Part shown: positions 9,324 through 19,733 of the stretch, one piece after another | How positions within the stretch are numbered: the stretch's first letter is position 1 | How the letters are laid out: each line of letters opens with the position of its first letter | Assembly (NCBI GenBank): GCA_050261115.1 | Contig: JBLNCY010000008.1 | Location: 1-64,000, forward strand | Reading direction: 5' to 3' | Length of the DNA stretch: 64,000 nt | DNA from: Methanocella sp. | GTDB lineage: Archaea > Thermoproteota > Bathyarchaeia > Bathyarchaeales > Bathycorpusculaceae | The notes under the pieces: model-generated | Database searches by the model: none | Seen by the model: only the letters and a program-made list of their open reading frames with translations | What the model was told of the DNA's origin: nothing | Translations under genes and position numbers: made by a program

Positions 9324-10991
9324 ATGTCACAAGGTGGAGGAAACATCCCTGTTCTAGTACTAAAAGAAGGCACAGGCAGAAGCACTGGCCGCGAAGCGCA
9401 ACGAAACAACATCATGGCAGCAAAAATCGTTGCTGAAACCGTCAAAACCACACTGGGCCCCTGCGGCATGGACAAGATGCTGGTCAGCGGCATAGGTGAC
9501 GTCGCTATAACCAACGACGGCGCAACCATCATGAAGGAACTCGATGTCCAGCATCCGGCAGCTAAAATGCTAGTTGAAGTCGCCAAGGCTCAGGACAAAG
9601 AAGTCGGCGACGGAACTACAACCGCCGTTATCCTCGCAGGCGAACTTCTCGCAAAAGCAGAGGCCCTGCTAGACAAAAACATTCACCCTACCGTCATCAT
9701 TGAGGGCTATAAGAAAGCATCTGAGGAAGCCCAAAAAATCCTCAGCGATGTCGCCATGCCTGTAAAGGCAGACGATGAAAAAGTCCTCAAAGAAATCGCG
9801 ATTACATCTATCTCCAGCAAAAGCATAAACGTAGCCGAAGAGCTCTTCGCAAAAATCATTGTAGACGCAGTTAGGCAAGTAACCGAACAAGTCGACGGCA
9901 AAAATGTCGCAGACATTGACCTAATCAAAATCGTAAAGAAACATGGCAAAAGCCTAGACGAGACCGAACTCGTCAAAGGCATGGTTATCGACAAAGAAGT
10001 CGCAAGCAGCGGCATGCCCAAACTAGTCGACAACGCCAAAATCGCCCTCTTAAGCGGCAAACTCGAAGTTGAGAAAACTGAGTTTGACGCCAAAATCAAC
10101 ATCGAGAGCCCCGAGCAGATGCAGCTCTTCCTCGACGAAGAAGAACGCATGATAAAAGACATGGTTAACGCCGTTACAAAATCAGGCGCCAACGTCCTGT
10201 TCTGCGAGAAAGGCATTGATGACATGGCGCTTCACTTCCTAGGAAAAGCCGGCGTCCTTGCAGTCAAAAGCGTCAGCAGCAGCGACATGGAAAAACTCAG
10301 CAAAGCCATAGGCGCACAAATCGCAGCCTCAGTCAAAGAACTATCCCCCAGCACACTCGGTGAAGCCAAACGTGTCGACGAAGTCAAAATCGGTGACGAC
10401 AAAATGGTCTATATCCGCGACTGCAAGAACCCCAAAGCCGTAACCATCGTCATTCGAGGCGCAGGCGAACAATTCCTAGCAGAAGCAGAACGCAGCCTAC
10501 ACGATGGCTTATGCGTAGTCCGCAACGTCATAGAAGACGGCAAAATCGTTGCAGGCGGCGGCGCCCCCGAAGCTGAACTCAGCAAAGGCCTCAAAGCCTA
10601 TGCAGCAAAAATCGGCGGACGCGAGCAACTAGCTATCGAAGCCTTCGCAGAAGCACTCGAAGAAATCCCACTCACACTCGCCGAAAACGCAGGGCTTGAC
10701 CCCATTGACATAATGGTTGCATTACGCGCAGAACACGCAAAACCAGACACCAAAACCTTCGGCATCGACGTCAACACAGGCAAAATCATTGACATGTGCA
10801 CCAAGATGATCATCGAGCCGATCCGAGTAAAGCAGCAAGCCATCAAATCAGCCACCGAAGCCACCAACATGATCTTAAAGATTGATGACCTAATCAGCAT
10901 AAAAAGCGGCGGTAAGGCGCCTCCAATGCCACCCGGAGGAATGGGCGGCATGGGCGGTATGCCTGGTATGGGCGGCGGTATGCCCTACTAA
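9324..10991 (+). CDS. ths: Thermosome (group II chaperonin) subunit
   Basis: [28 protein letters not shown]-rich C-terminal tail. Confidence 0.97.
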   Translation: MSQGGGNIPVLVLKEGTGRSTGREAQRNNIMAAKIVAETVKTTLGPCGMDKMLVSGIGDVAITNDGATIMKELDVQHPAAKMLVEVAKAQDKEVGDGTTTAVILAGELLAKAEALLDKNIHPTVIIEGYKKASEEAQKILSDVAMPVKADDEKVLKEIAITSISSKSINVAEELFAKIIVDAVRQVTEQVDGKNVADIDLIKIVKKHGKSLDETELVKGMVIDKEVASSGMPKLVDNAKIALLSGKLEVEKTEFDAKINIESPEQMQLFLDEEERMIKDMVNAVTKSGANVLFCEKGIDDMALHFLGKAGVLAVKSVSSSDMEKLSKAIGAQIAASVKELSPSTLGEAKRVDEVKIGDDKMVYIRDCKNPKAVTIVIRGAGEQFLAEAERSLHDGLCVVRNVIEDGKIVAGGGAPEAELSKGLKAYAAKIGGREQLAIEAFAEALEEIPLTLAENAGLDPIDIMVALRAEHAKPDTKTFGIDVNTGKIIDMCTKMIIEPIRVKQQAIKSATEATNMILKIDDLISIKSGGKAPPMPPGGMGGMGGMPGMGGGMPY

Positions 10992-10995
10992 GCCC

Positions 10996-11024
10996 ACCCT
11001 CTATTTCATTTTTAGAATTTTTTA
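10996..11024 (+). terminator. Pyrimidine/T-rich archaeal terminator after thermosome
   Basis: CCCTCTATTTCATTTTTAGAATTTTTT immediately after the stop codon. Confidence 0.5.
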
Positions 11025-11053
11025 GAAATCTTCTCCGGCTGTTGAGGGCGCGT

Positions 11054-11290
11054 TTACTTTATTGCTATTTTGAAGCCCTTTAGTTGCTTTTGGCGTCCTT
11101 TCTTTGTAATGTAGTATTTGTCGTCGGAGGTTTTTTGGATGACGCCGCTTCTTAGCATAATGTCGAGTAATTATTTGAGGTATATGGTTTGGATTGCGGA
11201 TGTCTGATCATACGCTTAGGTTGGTTAGGCTTTGAATTCAGAAGTTACTAGTATGCCTTGGGGTTCGATTTCTTCGTATTGACTCAAGCG
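11054..11290 (-). pseudogene. Degraded winged-helix transcription regulator
   Basis: Minus strand reads ...IYLK*LLDIMLRSGVIQKTSDDKYYITKKGRQKQL..*; a typical wHTH 'Y.IT.KG' wing interrupted by in-frame stops. Confidence 0.55.
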
Positions 11291-11673
11291 TTTCTTCCTC
11301 GCTAACTGTTTGGGTTGTTACTTGATTAGGCTTATGAATCCAAGCTCCATATTCAAAGCCTACATAGGAGGTTATTTGTTTCTTGAAAAGCAGACAAATT
11401 TTCTGTGTGAGAAAGAGTTGCTTACTTTGAAGCTGCGGTTTGATTGGTCGAGGCTTAGCATCACGATAGGGTTTATTTTGGCAGCGTCTAAATCGGCATC
11501 AGTGTTCTCGCCGCATGCTCTTTTTTGAATTGTTTTCATGTGTTTGTCCCCTTTTTTTGGGCTTAACACATGTCAATTATTAAATGCTATTACATAATAC
11601 ACGCTTATGGTTCATACAACCCGCCCAACACAAAGCAATTAAACACCAACAAACAATGAAATCAGCGAACAGC

Positions 11674-12399
11674 ATGAAACATGTAAAAATAACAGCCTTC
11701 GACCTTCCCGACGCCTGGTTCAAAACACTCAACGCCATCTGGCACCAAGGCGACACCTTCAAAGTCGGCTTCGGCTCAGAAGAAACCGAAACAAAAAAAC
11801 TCAACCTAACCATAGAAGTCACCCATCCCGAAAACAGACCCCTAACCAGCGACAAAGCCCCATGCGACCTCAAATACGTACAGGGCTATGCGCTTGAGTA
11901 TCTTTGGTGTGGCGAAAAAAAAGAAGACGAAACATATACCTACGGCAGCCGACTAAACGACCCCATAAACCAAATCGAAGAAGCCATCAACCGCTATACC
12001 CAAGAACAACGCGACCGTCAAGTAACCCTAGTAATTAGACGCCCAGAGGACATCAAGAAATTTGACGAGAAAGGCCACAAAAGCGAACCCCCATGCCTTA
12101 GCCTAATAGACACCGAAATCCTCGAGGGCCAAATGCACCTAACCTGCTACTTCCGCAGCTGGGACGCATACGCCGGCTTACCCGCCAACATAGCGGGGCT
12201 ACAACTATTCAACGAATCCTTCGTTAACGAAATCAACGAACGCATTGGCCTAAACCTAAAAACCGGCAAGTTGGTTTTTCACTCCAAAAACTGCCACATC
12301 TACCAACGCCAATACAGCCTAGTACAGGAACTCCTCGAACCCAAAGACAGCAAAACTAACCGGCTGGCAAAAGTGCTCAAAAACGAAAAAGACGTCTAA
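11674..12399 (+). CDS. thyA: Archaeal-type thymidylate synthase family protein
   Basis: YTYGSRL, PPCL catalytic Cys, FRSWD..AGLPAN, HIY; ATG 11674 preferred start. Confidence 0.8.
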   Translation: MKHVKITAFDLPDAWFKTLNAIWHQGDTFKVGFGSEETETKKLNLTIEVTHPENRPLTSDKAPCDLKYVQGYALEYLWCGEKKEDETYTYGSRLNDPINQIEEAINRYTQEQRDRQVTLVIRRPEDIKKFDEKGHKSEPPCLSLIDTEILEGQMHLTCYFRSWDAYAGLPANIAGLQLFNESFVNEINERIGLNLKTGKLVFHSKNCHIYQRQYSLVQELLEPKDSKTNRLAKVLKNEKDV

Positions 12400-13769
12400 A
12401 GAGCGCTTTTTACTGGGTACTTTAGGTTAGTCCACGCCTCCATTCCACCCAAAACATTGATTAACCCTGTGAAGCCAGCCCGCTCCAGAAGACTTAACCC
12501 GATGCTTGTTCGATTGCCAACCGAGCAGGTAACCGCAATTGGCTTATCTTTGGACAGCATGGTTGCTTTTTGGGGTAAATCGGCAAACGGAATCAGTTTG
12601 GCGCCCTCGATGTAGCAGTCTTCTTTCCACTCATGCGGTTCTCGAACATCAACAAGCGTAACTTCATTTCTGGCGAGTTTTTCTTTGAGTTCTGGGGCGG
12701 TTATGGTTTGGAAGCTTCGGAAGGGGTTGCCGGCTTCTTGCCATGTGTTCATGCCGCCGCAGAGGTAACCGCACATGTTAACAAAGCCCACTCTTCTGAA
12801 GTGGTTGGTTACTGTGCCTATGTCTTCGGGGCGTTCCAGTATGAAGAGGATGTATTGGTTGATATCCATGACCCAGCCGGTATATACACTTGTGCCGCCG
12901 CCCAGCCACAAATTAAGCGAGTTAGGGATATGCGCACCGGCAAAAGCATACGATCGTCTAGTATCGACGACTACCATGTTTTGTTCTTGCATTTCTTCTT
13001 TGAATTCCAAAAGCTGATAAGGCTTGGGCAAAGCTAAATCACTTAGCAGCTGCGGACCATTGAGGTTCACTTCCTCGATCTGTTTAAAATAACGCGGCAC
13101 AACCAACTCTGTGTCCAGCGACTTCTGAATAAACCCCTCCTTGTCTAGTTGCAGATAAGGGTTAATTCGTTTCTCATAGCCGATAGTTGTAAGGTCTCCG
13201 CCTTTGATTCCTTCGCCACAGACGCTTCCCGCACCATGAGCAGGATAAACCAAGACACCCCCATCGAGCACTAAGATTTTTCCGTGCAAACTGTCATAGA
13301 GCTTTTCGGCTTGTATGCGGTGAGCTTGCTTCCCGTAGAGGTCGGTCCTACCGACCGAGCCGGAAAACAGCGTATCGCCGGTGAAAAGCGCTTTTGGCTC
13401 TGAATCCTCAAACGCGAGGTAGCAGAGGGATTCGTTGGTGTGTCCTGGTGTGTGGATGGCTTGGATTTTTGTGTTTCCAACGTGGAGGGTGTCGCCGTTG
13501 CTGAGGTTGTGTTCGCCATACTTGAAGGGTAATTCTTTGCTGTGGGCGATTTCTGCTTCCGTCATGTTTTGGAGTTCAAGCGAGCCAACGACGTAGTCTT
13601 CGTTCCGATGGGTTTCAAGGATGTATTTTATCTTAGCGCAGCTCCTTGATGCTTGTTCAGCGTAGACGGCGCAGTCTCGACGTGGATCTATAACGGCGGC
13701 TTCGCCATCGCTGACTAACAGGTAACTGTTGTGCGCCAAGCCCTCTGATTTTATAACATCGACCTTCAT
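12396..13769 (-). CDS. MBL-fold hydrolase with two rhodanese domains
   Basis: ETHRNEDY variant MBL motif, HTPGHT, GDTLF.G.VGRTDL, PAHGAGSVC; C-terminal rhodanese CSVGNR. Confidence 0.85.
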   Translation of the reverse strand: MKVDVIKSEGLAHNSYLLVSDGEAAVIDPRRDCAVYAEQASRSCAKIKYILETHRNEDYVVGSLELQNMTEAEIAHSKELPFKYGEHNLSNGDTLHVGNTKIQAIHTPGHTNESLCYLAFEDSEPKALFTGDTLFSGSVGRTDLYGKQAHRIQAEKLYDSLHGKILVLDGGVLVYPAHGAGSVCGEGIKGGDLTTIGYEKRINPYLQLDKEGFIQKSLDTELVVPRYFKQIEEVNLNGPQLLSDLALPKPYQLLEFKEEMQEQNMVVVDTRRSYAFAGAHIPNSLNLWLGGGTSVYTGWVMDINQYILFILERPEDIGTVTNHFRRVGFVNMCGYLCGGMNTWQEAGNPFRSFQTITAPELKEKLARNEVTLVDVREPHEWKEDCYIEGAKLIPFADLPQKATMLSKDKPIAVTCSVGNRTSIGLSLLERAGFTGLINVLGGMEAWTNLKYPVKSAL

Positions 13770-13772
13770 CTA

Positions 13773-14999
13773 CTAGTCACTCCAATCTAGAAGCCGCTTC
13801 TCCCCCTTCAAGCCACGGATATCTGTGACGTCTTGGACAACTTCGACTGTGCCAAGATACTTACCTTCTACGTCCCGCATGGCAAAAAAGCGGATATAGA
13901 TGAAGCGCCCGTTTAGGGTAATCCAGAATTCAGCAGAGTCTTTTGCGCCGGACTTGAAGGACTGAACTATCTTCATCACGGTGTCTAGGCTTTTGGCTGG
14001 ATGGCAATTCTGGACTTTTCTTCCTATAATTGCTTTTGTGCGTATGAATATCATTTTTTGGGGTTTGTTGAAGTATCGGACGGTTTCGTCTTGGTCTATG
14101 AAGGTTATTTCTATGGGTAACGTGTTTAGTAGATGGTTTAATTGTGCGGGTTGGAGGCTACCGAAGTCAAAGGAAACTTCACCCTGCGGCGTTGGTGGCT
14201 GGGCGGCAGCCTCTTTTTTGGGGGGTACTGTGATTTCAGGTGGGGTGAAGCAGCAGTAGCCTATGCTATCAAATTCCGCCCTTACTTCACTCCATTCCTG
14301 TTCGGTTATGACGCTTAAGGCTGCTGGGAAGAGAATGTTGTTTTCCTTGTAAAAATGACCTGATAACTTGTTTGCGAGTTCACTTGATTCTTCCCAGAGT
14401 GTCTCTTTGAACCCCTCAAACCTGTCGGGTTTAAAATCCGCAATCAACGCCCGAAGCATTCTCTTGATTTCTCTAATCTGGTCATGCTCCATCCACATTA
14501 TACGGGGCGGCTCGGTTATGCCATGCTTCTCTAGCATTGGAAAAAGCACGTTCTCTTCACGGGCATAGTGCTTTTCGGCGTCAGTAAAGTCAGCTATTAA
14601 ATGTTCAACCTGATGAATATCTTCCTCTATGTACTTCTCGTCTTTGACTTGGCGTATTTTACTGGCATAGGACAGAAGGTCTTCAGCCATTTTAGTCATA
14701 ATCCTGTGCTCTTCTAGCAGAATGCTAATGGGCTGGCTGGGTTTTAGGTCAGGACGCTGTTTTTCGATTTGATCTTTGAAGACAGCGAGGTGGACGTCGC
14801 AGAGTTTCTGCATTTCCTCTCGCTTCATGCCTTCCTTAACCAATTCATCTTCGATTTTTGCTATTTCCAATGAATCGGTTCCTTCAAAAACGTCTTTGAA
14901 TTTCTCTTTAACCAGCTCAGGCGCTACCCCAGCATGCAACTGCCTAATAGCCTCTTTAATTTTAGCTTTCTTATTGTCTGACAAAAATAGAACCCTCAA
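13773..14999 (-). CDS. DUF438 / hemerythrin / PAS domain protein
   Basis: LCDVHLAVFK, HYAREENVLFP, MWMEHD, KENNILFP, C-terminal PAS with NCHP. Confidence 0.85.
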   Translation of the reverse strand: MRVLFLSDNKKAKIKEAIRQLHAGVAPELVKEKFKDVFEGTDSLEIAKIEDELVKEGMKREEMQKLCDVHLAVFKDQIEKQRPDLKPSQPISILLEEHRIMTKMAEDLLSYASKIRQVKDEKYIEEDIHQVEHLIADFTDAEKHYAREENVLFPMLEKHGITEPPRIMWMEHDQIREIKRMLRALIADFKPDRFEGFKETLWEESSELANKLSGHFYKENNILFPAALSVITEQEWSEVRAEFDSIGYCCFTPPEITVPPKKEAAAQPPTPQGEVSFDFGSLQPAQLNHLLNTLPIEITFIDQDETVRYFNKPQKMIFIRTKAIIGRKVQNCHPAKSLDTVMKIVQSFKSGAKDSAEFWITLNGRFIYIRFFAMRDVEGKYLGTVEVVQDVTDIRGLKGEKRLLDWSD

Positions 15000-15095
15000 A
15001 AGTAAGGAGGATTTGTAACGATTTATTCCTTTCCAACAGCAAAAATCTTGGAAGCCTTAAATCTGTTATTTAGGCTAAAGTAATTGGTTACATAG

Positions 15096-15608
15096 ATGGG
15101 TCATAATTTGGTTTCTTGGAAACTGCTTGAGGACATGGTTTTAGAGCTAAAGAAAGCAGGCACCACAATCCCCGCCAGAGTCATCGAGGACCTTAGATCA
15201 GCAAAAGCAATGATTCAACTCACCTACACCGAAGGCAGCCACGGTACCGCATTGCAGAAGGCTGAAGAGTACCTCAGCAATGTTGAAGCGTATGTTGTGA
15301 CTGAGGCTCAGAGTCGGTTTGGTGTTGGGAAGGCAGATCAGTGGCTTAGGCAGCTAGAGCAAACCGGCGGCAGAGTCACCACCGAGCCAGTTGCCCACGA
15401 CAAGTTTGTGTCTGGCGTGCCCCGTAACCAGCAGTTTGTGCGGATTGAACCCAGCGGTGACCTCACAGCCCAGAAGGTGCAGACATTGGCTAAAGAGTAT
15501 AGTATGCAAGTAAACCTGCAGCCGGACAATAAAATCGTTGTATACGGCTCCGCTGAGAGCCTAAAGCGTTTTCTTAGAAGAATAGCTGAAGAAAAGCCAA
15601 AACTGTAG
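15096..15608 (+). CDS. DUF2096-like archaeal protein
   Basis: 'W..LEDM..ELKK.G..IP..VI.DLRSAK' N-terminus. Confidence 0.6.
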   Translation: MGHNLVSWKLLEDMVLELKKAGTTIPARVIEDLRSAKAMIQLTYTEGSHGTALQKAEEYLSNVEAYVVTEAQSRFGVGKADQWLRQLEQTGGRVTTEPVAHDKFVSGVPRNQQFVRIEPSGDLTAQKVQTLAKEYSMQVNLQPDNKIVVYGSAESLKRFLRRIAEEKPKL

Positions 15609-15690
15609 TACTCTTTGGAAGAACGATTTTTGATGGTTAGGGTAAACTTATAAATTCAATGTATCCTGCAATTAAAGGTCAGGGAACCAA

Positions 15691-16041
15691 GTGGCCATAG
15701 TAACCTCCAAACAGAAACGTCACAACCAAGCCCGACTCATCTCGGTCGGATTCTACGCTTTTACGGGAGTTTTGCTGTTGGTGTTTTTGCCCTTTACTGG
15801 ATTTCCGCCTCACGTCGGCTTTTTGGGCATAGTAAGCTTAATCGCCGCCTATAACCTCTACATGAAACGTGCGTGGGCAGGTTGGCTGGTTGTTGTCCTG
15901 CTCTTTGCCGTTACCGCCTTCACAGTGGTGACTATATTCTCGGTTGCCCTCAGCAACATCTTAGTCACGGCAATCTTGGCGCCGTACCTGGTGCTCACTT
16001 GGTTAATCTCCATTGAGCTGTACCGCACAAAAATAGACTAA
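15691..16041 (+). CDS. Small multi-pass membrane protein
   Basis: 116 aa, about four hydrophobic segments. Confidence 0.6.
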   Translation: MAIVTSKQKRHNQARLISVGFYAFTGVLLLVFLPFTGFPPHVGFLGIVSLIAAYNLYMKRAWAGWLVVVLLFAVTAFTVVTIFSVALSNILVTAILAPYLVLTWLISIELYRTKID

Positions 16042-16044
16042 GCC

Positions 16045-17271
16045 TTAGGCTTTTGTGGCTATACCCCTCAACAGCCAAACCACAACTGCCTGGTCAACCT
16101 CTAAGAACTGCTCGTTCTCCGGGATCTCTACAAACCCATCCACATCGGCTAAGCCAGAAACTGCACCCTGCACTTCGCTGGAATCGACAATTAAGCGGCA
16201 CTGCTCATCAAACGACAACTTTACGGGCATAAATGTGCGGCTGCCCTTGGCGCTAAACAGCTTGGATCCCGCAACTGCAGAAAGAGCCCTCAAACCAGCC
16301 ACGGGTCGCCCCGCTAACCGCTGCACTTGTCCCCGTGCAAACAACTGGTACATAATCAAGACGGCGGTGGGGTTGCTGGGAAAAACAAAGACGGGTTTGC
16401 CTTCGACAGTTGCGGCCGCTGTGGATTTGCCGGGCCTTATGGCTACTCCGTTAACTATGATGGCGCTGTTTGGTAATGAACCTATAACCTCGGTGACTAG
16501 GGGGTTGTCGCTGCAAACAATCACCATATCAGAATCCGCGACCGCTGCAGACACCATTCGGCTAATCTCGGCTCTGTCCTCTGGAACCACGCCGAAGTAG
16601 ACGGGCTTAGCGCCGCATTCCATAATCGCCGTCGACAAACTATACCCGTTCACATCAAACCATCTACCCCTCTCAAGCGGCTTGCTTAATTCACTAACTT
16701 CATTGCTTACCGTTAAGACTGCAACCATGGGTAACTTGAGAACAGGAACCTGCTTTAGCCCCAACCCAGCCAACACACCGATTTCAGTGGCGCCTAAAAC
16801 CTGATTCCGCTCAAACACTACCGTCCCTAACTTTACATCAGAACCCCTCAAACAGACATTCTCACCCTCAGAGGCGGGACTGTAAACCTGCAGCGTATCA
16901 TCTTCGCGTACTATGTCCTCTAAGGCTATGACGGCGTCTGCGCCTTCTGGCAGCATCGCACCCGAGGTCACCTCAAACGATTCGCCAACACCAAGCTGAT
17001 GCCCTAAAACCTCACCCACAGCTATGGTGCCTGCGACTTTGAAGCATACGGGATTATCCTCACCTGCCCCAGCGGTATCTACAGATCTAACCGCATAACC
17101 AGCTACCCGTGCGCTGTTAACCCCCGGAATATCCAGCGGCGAAACAACATCGGCGGCTAAGACTCGGTTGTAGGCTTCCAGCAGAACAGCTTCTTCGTAA
17201 CCAAGCGATGCGGGTTTGAGGTTTGCGTCTATGGCGTGTTTGGCTTCTTCGTAGGTTAACAGTCTACTCAT
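16045..17271 (-). CDS. moeA: MoeA-like molybdopterin molybdo/tungstotransferase, motif-degenerate
   Basis: RVLAADVVSPLDIP, GYAVRS.D, GAMLPEGADAVI, IRPGK; canonical SAMDG, TGxE, SGG and GNP motifs are altered. Confidence 0.8.
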   Translation of the reverse strand: MSRLLTYEEAKHAIDANLKPASLGYEEAVLLEAYNRVLAADVVSPLDIPGVNSARVAGYAVRSVDTAGAGEDNPVCFKVAGTIAVGEVLGHQLGVGESFEVTSGAMLPEGADAVIALEDIVREDDTLQVYSPASEGENVCLRGSDVKLGTVVFERNQVLGATEIGVLAGLGLKQVPVLKLPMVAVLTVSNEVSELSKPLERGRWFDVNGYSLSTAIMECGAKPVYFGVVPEDRAEISRMVSAAVADSDMVIVCSDNPLVTEVIGSLPNSAIIVNGVAIRPGKSTAAATVEGKPVFVFPSNPTAVLIMYQLFARGQVQRLAGRPVAGLRALSAVAGSKLFSAKGSRTFMPVKLSFDEQCRLIVDSSEVQGAVSGLADVDGFVEIPENEQFLEVDQAVVVWLLRGIATKA

Positions 17272-17357
17272 CGGTTTTCCCGCTAGAGGATGAGGGCTTA
17301 GACGTAAAAACGTATCGAAGCCAACGCCGTAATGCCTGAGATGAAAAAGAGGGCGAG

Positions 17358-18833
17358 TTAGTTTTTCTTTTGGTGCTTATGGGTGTATTCTTTCTCGATT
17401 TGGACTCGGTGGACGTTGTTGTAGGCGCAGAAGGGGATGATTTTTTTGTCGGGTGTGATGTAGTGGACTACGCAACGGCGAACGCGGTTGACGTCAAAGT
17501 TGTAGCTGTCCATAAATGCCATGCAACCTAAGAGGAAGATGCGTCGGCGGATTTTGCCCAAAGACTTGTAGGTGGGGTTGATATGCATAGAGAGGATGCT
17601 TCTCATTAATGTGAAGGTGCCGACTTCCTTTGTGACCAGTAACATATTCATCGATACCATGGCACCCATGAATAGCGAAGCAAGCAGCTGAACCTGGTTC
17701 TTGGACTCAGCGTTCTCAGCGGTCTTTCGAATGGTATTGAAGAAGCGTTCAAAGTTTACAAAGCGGTTAATGGGGTACATTTTGCCGGTGCGTGGCGAGA
17801 CATAAACCCAGTTAACGATACCACATTGGGGACTGCAGCTAAAAAGCGGCCAAGGCTTCTGCATGAATTGCCTCATAATTTTAATCGGCGAAGTCATAAC
17901 CGACATAGGAAACAGGTCAACGGCTTTAATTTCGCCTCTTGTTTGGCTTTCTACGGATTCAGCAAAACTCCATTCGCGGAAGTTTTCACGGAAGGGGTTT
18001 TCAGTTGCTCGACCAGTGAAAGCAATGGGCTGGAAGATTAAGCCGCGGACGATGTCGGTGTTTTTGGCGGCGAAGCGTATCATATCACCGACTTCTTCGT
18101 CATTTAGACTTCTCATGAGTGTGTTTACGAGGATAACTTCCATGTCATACTTGCGGCAGACAGCGATAGCTCGGAGTTTATAGTCGAGGAGTTCTCTTCC
18201 TCGGATTTTTCTGTTAAAATCCTCATGGAAGCTGTCAAAGGACAGGTAAACGATGTTTAGGCCCGCTTTTTTGAACCGCTCAGCTAACGCGGGGTCGTCT
18301 GCAAGTTTCATGCCGTTAGTGGCGAGAATCGTCATGAATTTGAGGCGGTGTGCTTCGGCTATGATTTCGGGCATGTCTTCGCGCTCGCATGGTTCTCCGC
18401 CAGAGAAGAGGATCGCGGGGGGCTTGGGGTTGGCTTTGGCGGCGAATTCAAGCATGTCTACAAGTGCCTGCTTGGTGGGTTCGTAGTCCGTTGATTCCTG
18501 ATTGGGAAAAGTGCTGAAGCATACTGCACAGCGGAGGTTGCAGCGTTTGGTTACATCTATAACGCCGATAACGGTGCCGGACGCGTGGTTTTTACATGTT
18601 TCACAGACGTAGGGGCAGCCCTCGGGGTCTTTGGGTGCATTGAGATCGCCTAGATACTGGAATTGGTCGTATTTTCGCATGTGTTCAAAGATGGGTTGGC
18701 TTTGCCAGTGGGTGGCTTTGAAGTCTCCATGCTCGGGGCATTGTTTGCTGATTTGGATTTTACCGTTTACTTCTCTTAGTTGAGCATCGATTTTCTTTTG
18801 ACACTCAGGGCAGATGCTTTTTGTTTCATTCAA
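17358..18833 (-). CDS. tes: Tetraether lipid synthase (Tes / GDGT-MAS, MJ0619 family) radical SAM
   Basis: N-terminal SICPEC...CPEHG, CPYVCETCKNH, CNLRCAVC, CSPQCG, C-terminal RCVVHY...IIPFCAYN; directly downstream of DGGGP synthase. Confidence 0.85.
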   Translation of the reverse strand: MNETKSICPECQKKIDAQLREVNGKIQISKQCPEHGDFKATHWQSQPIFEHMRKYDQFQYLGDLNAPKDPEGCPYVCETCKNHASGTVIGVIDVTKRCNLRCAVCFSTFPNQESTDYEPTKQALVDMLEFAAKANPKPPAILFSGGEPCEREDMPEIIAEAHRLKFMTILATNGMKLADDPALAERFKKAGLNIVYLSFDSFHEDFNRKIRGRELLDYKLRAIAVCRKYDMEVILVNTLMRSLNDEEVGDMIRFAAKNTDIVRGLIFQPIAFTGRATENPFRENFREWSFAESVESQTRGEIKAVDLFPMSVMTSPIKIMRQFMQKPWPLFSCSPQCGIVNWVYVSPRTGKMYPINRFVNFERFFNTIRKTAENAESKNQVQLLASLFMGAMVSMNMLLVTKEVGTFTLMRSILSMHINPTYKSLGKIRRRIFLLGCMAFMDSYNFDVNRVRRCVVHYITPDKKIIPFCAYNNVHRVQIEKEYTHKHQKKN

Positions 18834-19733
18834 CTATAGGAGCACTCCGACGAGGGCTTGGACTATTAGCGCTATGATTAGCAGCATCATTGACATGGTT
18901 ACGATGCGCTCGTATTTACGTATACTCGCAACGTTGGTAGCGGACGTAAAGAGACGTACGGACACATAGATTAAAAGAGCGCTCCAAACCAGAATCAGCG
19001 CCAGATAGTAAACTGAGAATCCGCCAATCAGGTAAGGTAGGGGCGCTAGTATACCTGTTAAAAGGAAGAATACGCCGCCGACTTTAGCTGCGCTTATGCT
19101 GCCGATTTTCTGGGGTAGCGTGGGGTAACCGACTTTGGCGTCGCCCTCCAAGCTAAAAATGTCACGCAGCACGTTGCCGCCTATGGTACCAAACGCTATA
19201 GGATAGAGACTTAATGATGCGAGGGTGATTGTGCCAGTCATGGTTGCCTCGCCGTAGAGAAAAGCGGTACCAGTCAAGAAGCCCATCAGCAGGTTAGCTG
19301 CAAAGCCTGACTTTCGCTTTATCAGATAAGAGTAAACCAAGAGCAAGCCAGAGTCAACGGCGATTATGGCAAACGCCAGCCAGTTAATCAAAAATGCTAA
19401 CACTAAACCTAGCGCAAAAAGCATGCTAGAGATTGCCACCGCTGACTTGTAGGAGAGCGCTCCAGAGGGGATGGGCCGCTTGGGTTTAATGACGGCATCG
19501 CTTTCTCGATCGTAGTAATCGTTTATGGCAAAGCCGGCAGAAGCGGTAAAGGACAAGGAGAAGAAAGTCAACAAAGCCACTATGCCTACATTGAGGTTGC
19601 CTAAGGTGGTTAGTACATCTGCAAAGTTGTTGAGAATTGCAAAAGCGGTCAGTACGGCTAGGCCGCCTGTCATCATCCAATAGGGTAAACGTATTAGGGC
19701 GATTAATCCTCGAGCGGGGGAGGGTTGAGTCAT
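18834..19733 (-). CDS. Digeranylgeranylglyceryl-phosphate synthase (UbiA family)
   Basis: INDYYDRESDAVIKPKRPIPSG, RDIFSLEGD.KVG..TLP, multiple TM helices. Confidence 0.8.
   Translation of the reverse strand: MTQPSPARGLIALIRLPYWMMTGGLAVLTAFAILNNFADVLTTLGNLNVGIVALLTFFSLSFTASAGFAINDYYDRESDAVIKPKRPIPSGALSYKSAVAISSMLFALGLVLAFLINWLAFAIIAVDSGLLLVYSYLIKRKSGFAANLLMGFLTGTAFLYGEATMTGTITLASLSLYPIAFGTIGGNVLRDIFSLEGDAKVGYPTLPQKIGSISAAKVGGVFFLLTGILAPLPYLIGGFSVYYLALILVWSALLIYVSVRLFTSATNVASIRKYERIVTMSMMLLIIALIVQALVGVLL

Noticed and set aside
10920-10991. GGCATGGGC-type tandem repeats
   Set aside because: Normal GGM tail of chaperonins.
11255-11280. GGTTCGATT resembling a tRNA T-loop
   Set aside because: No cloverleaf or acceptor stem; lies within the wHTH pseudogene remnant.
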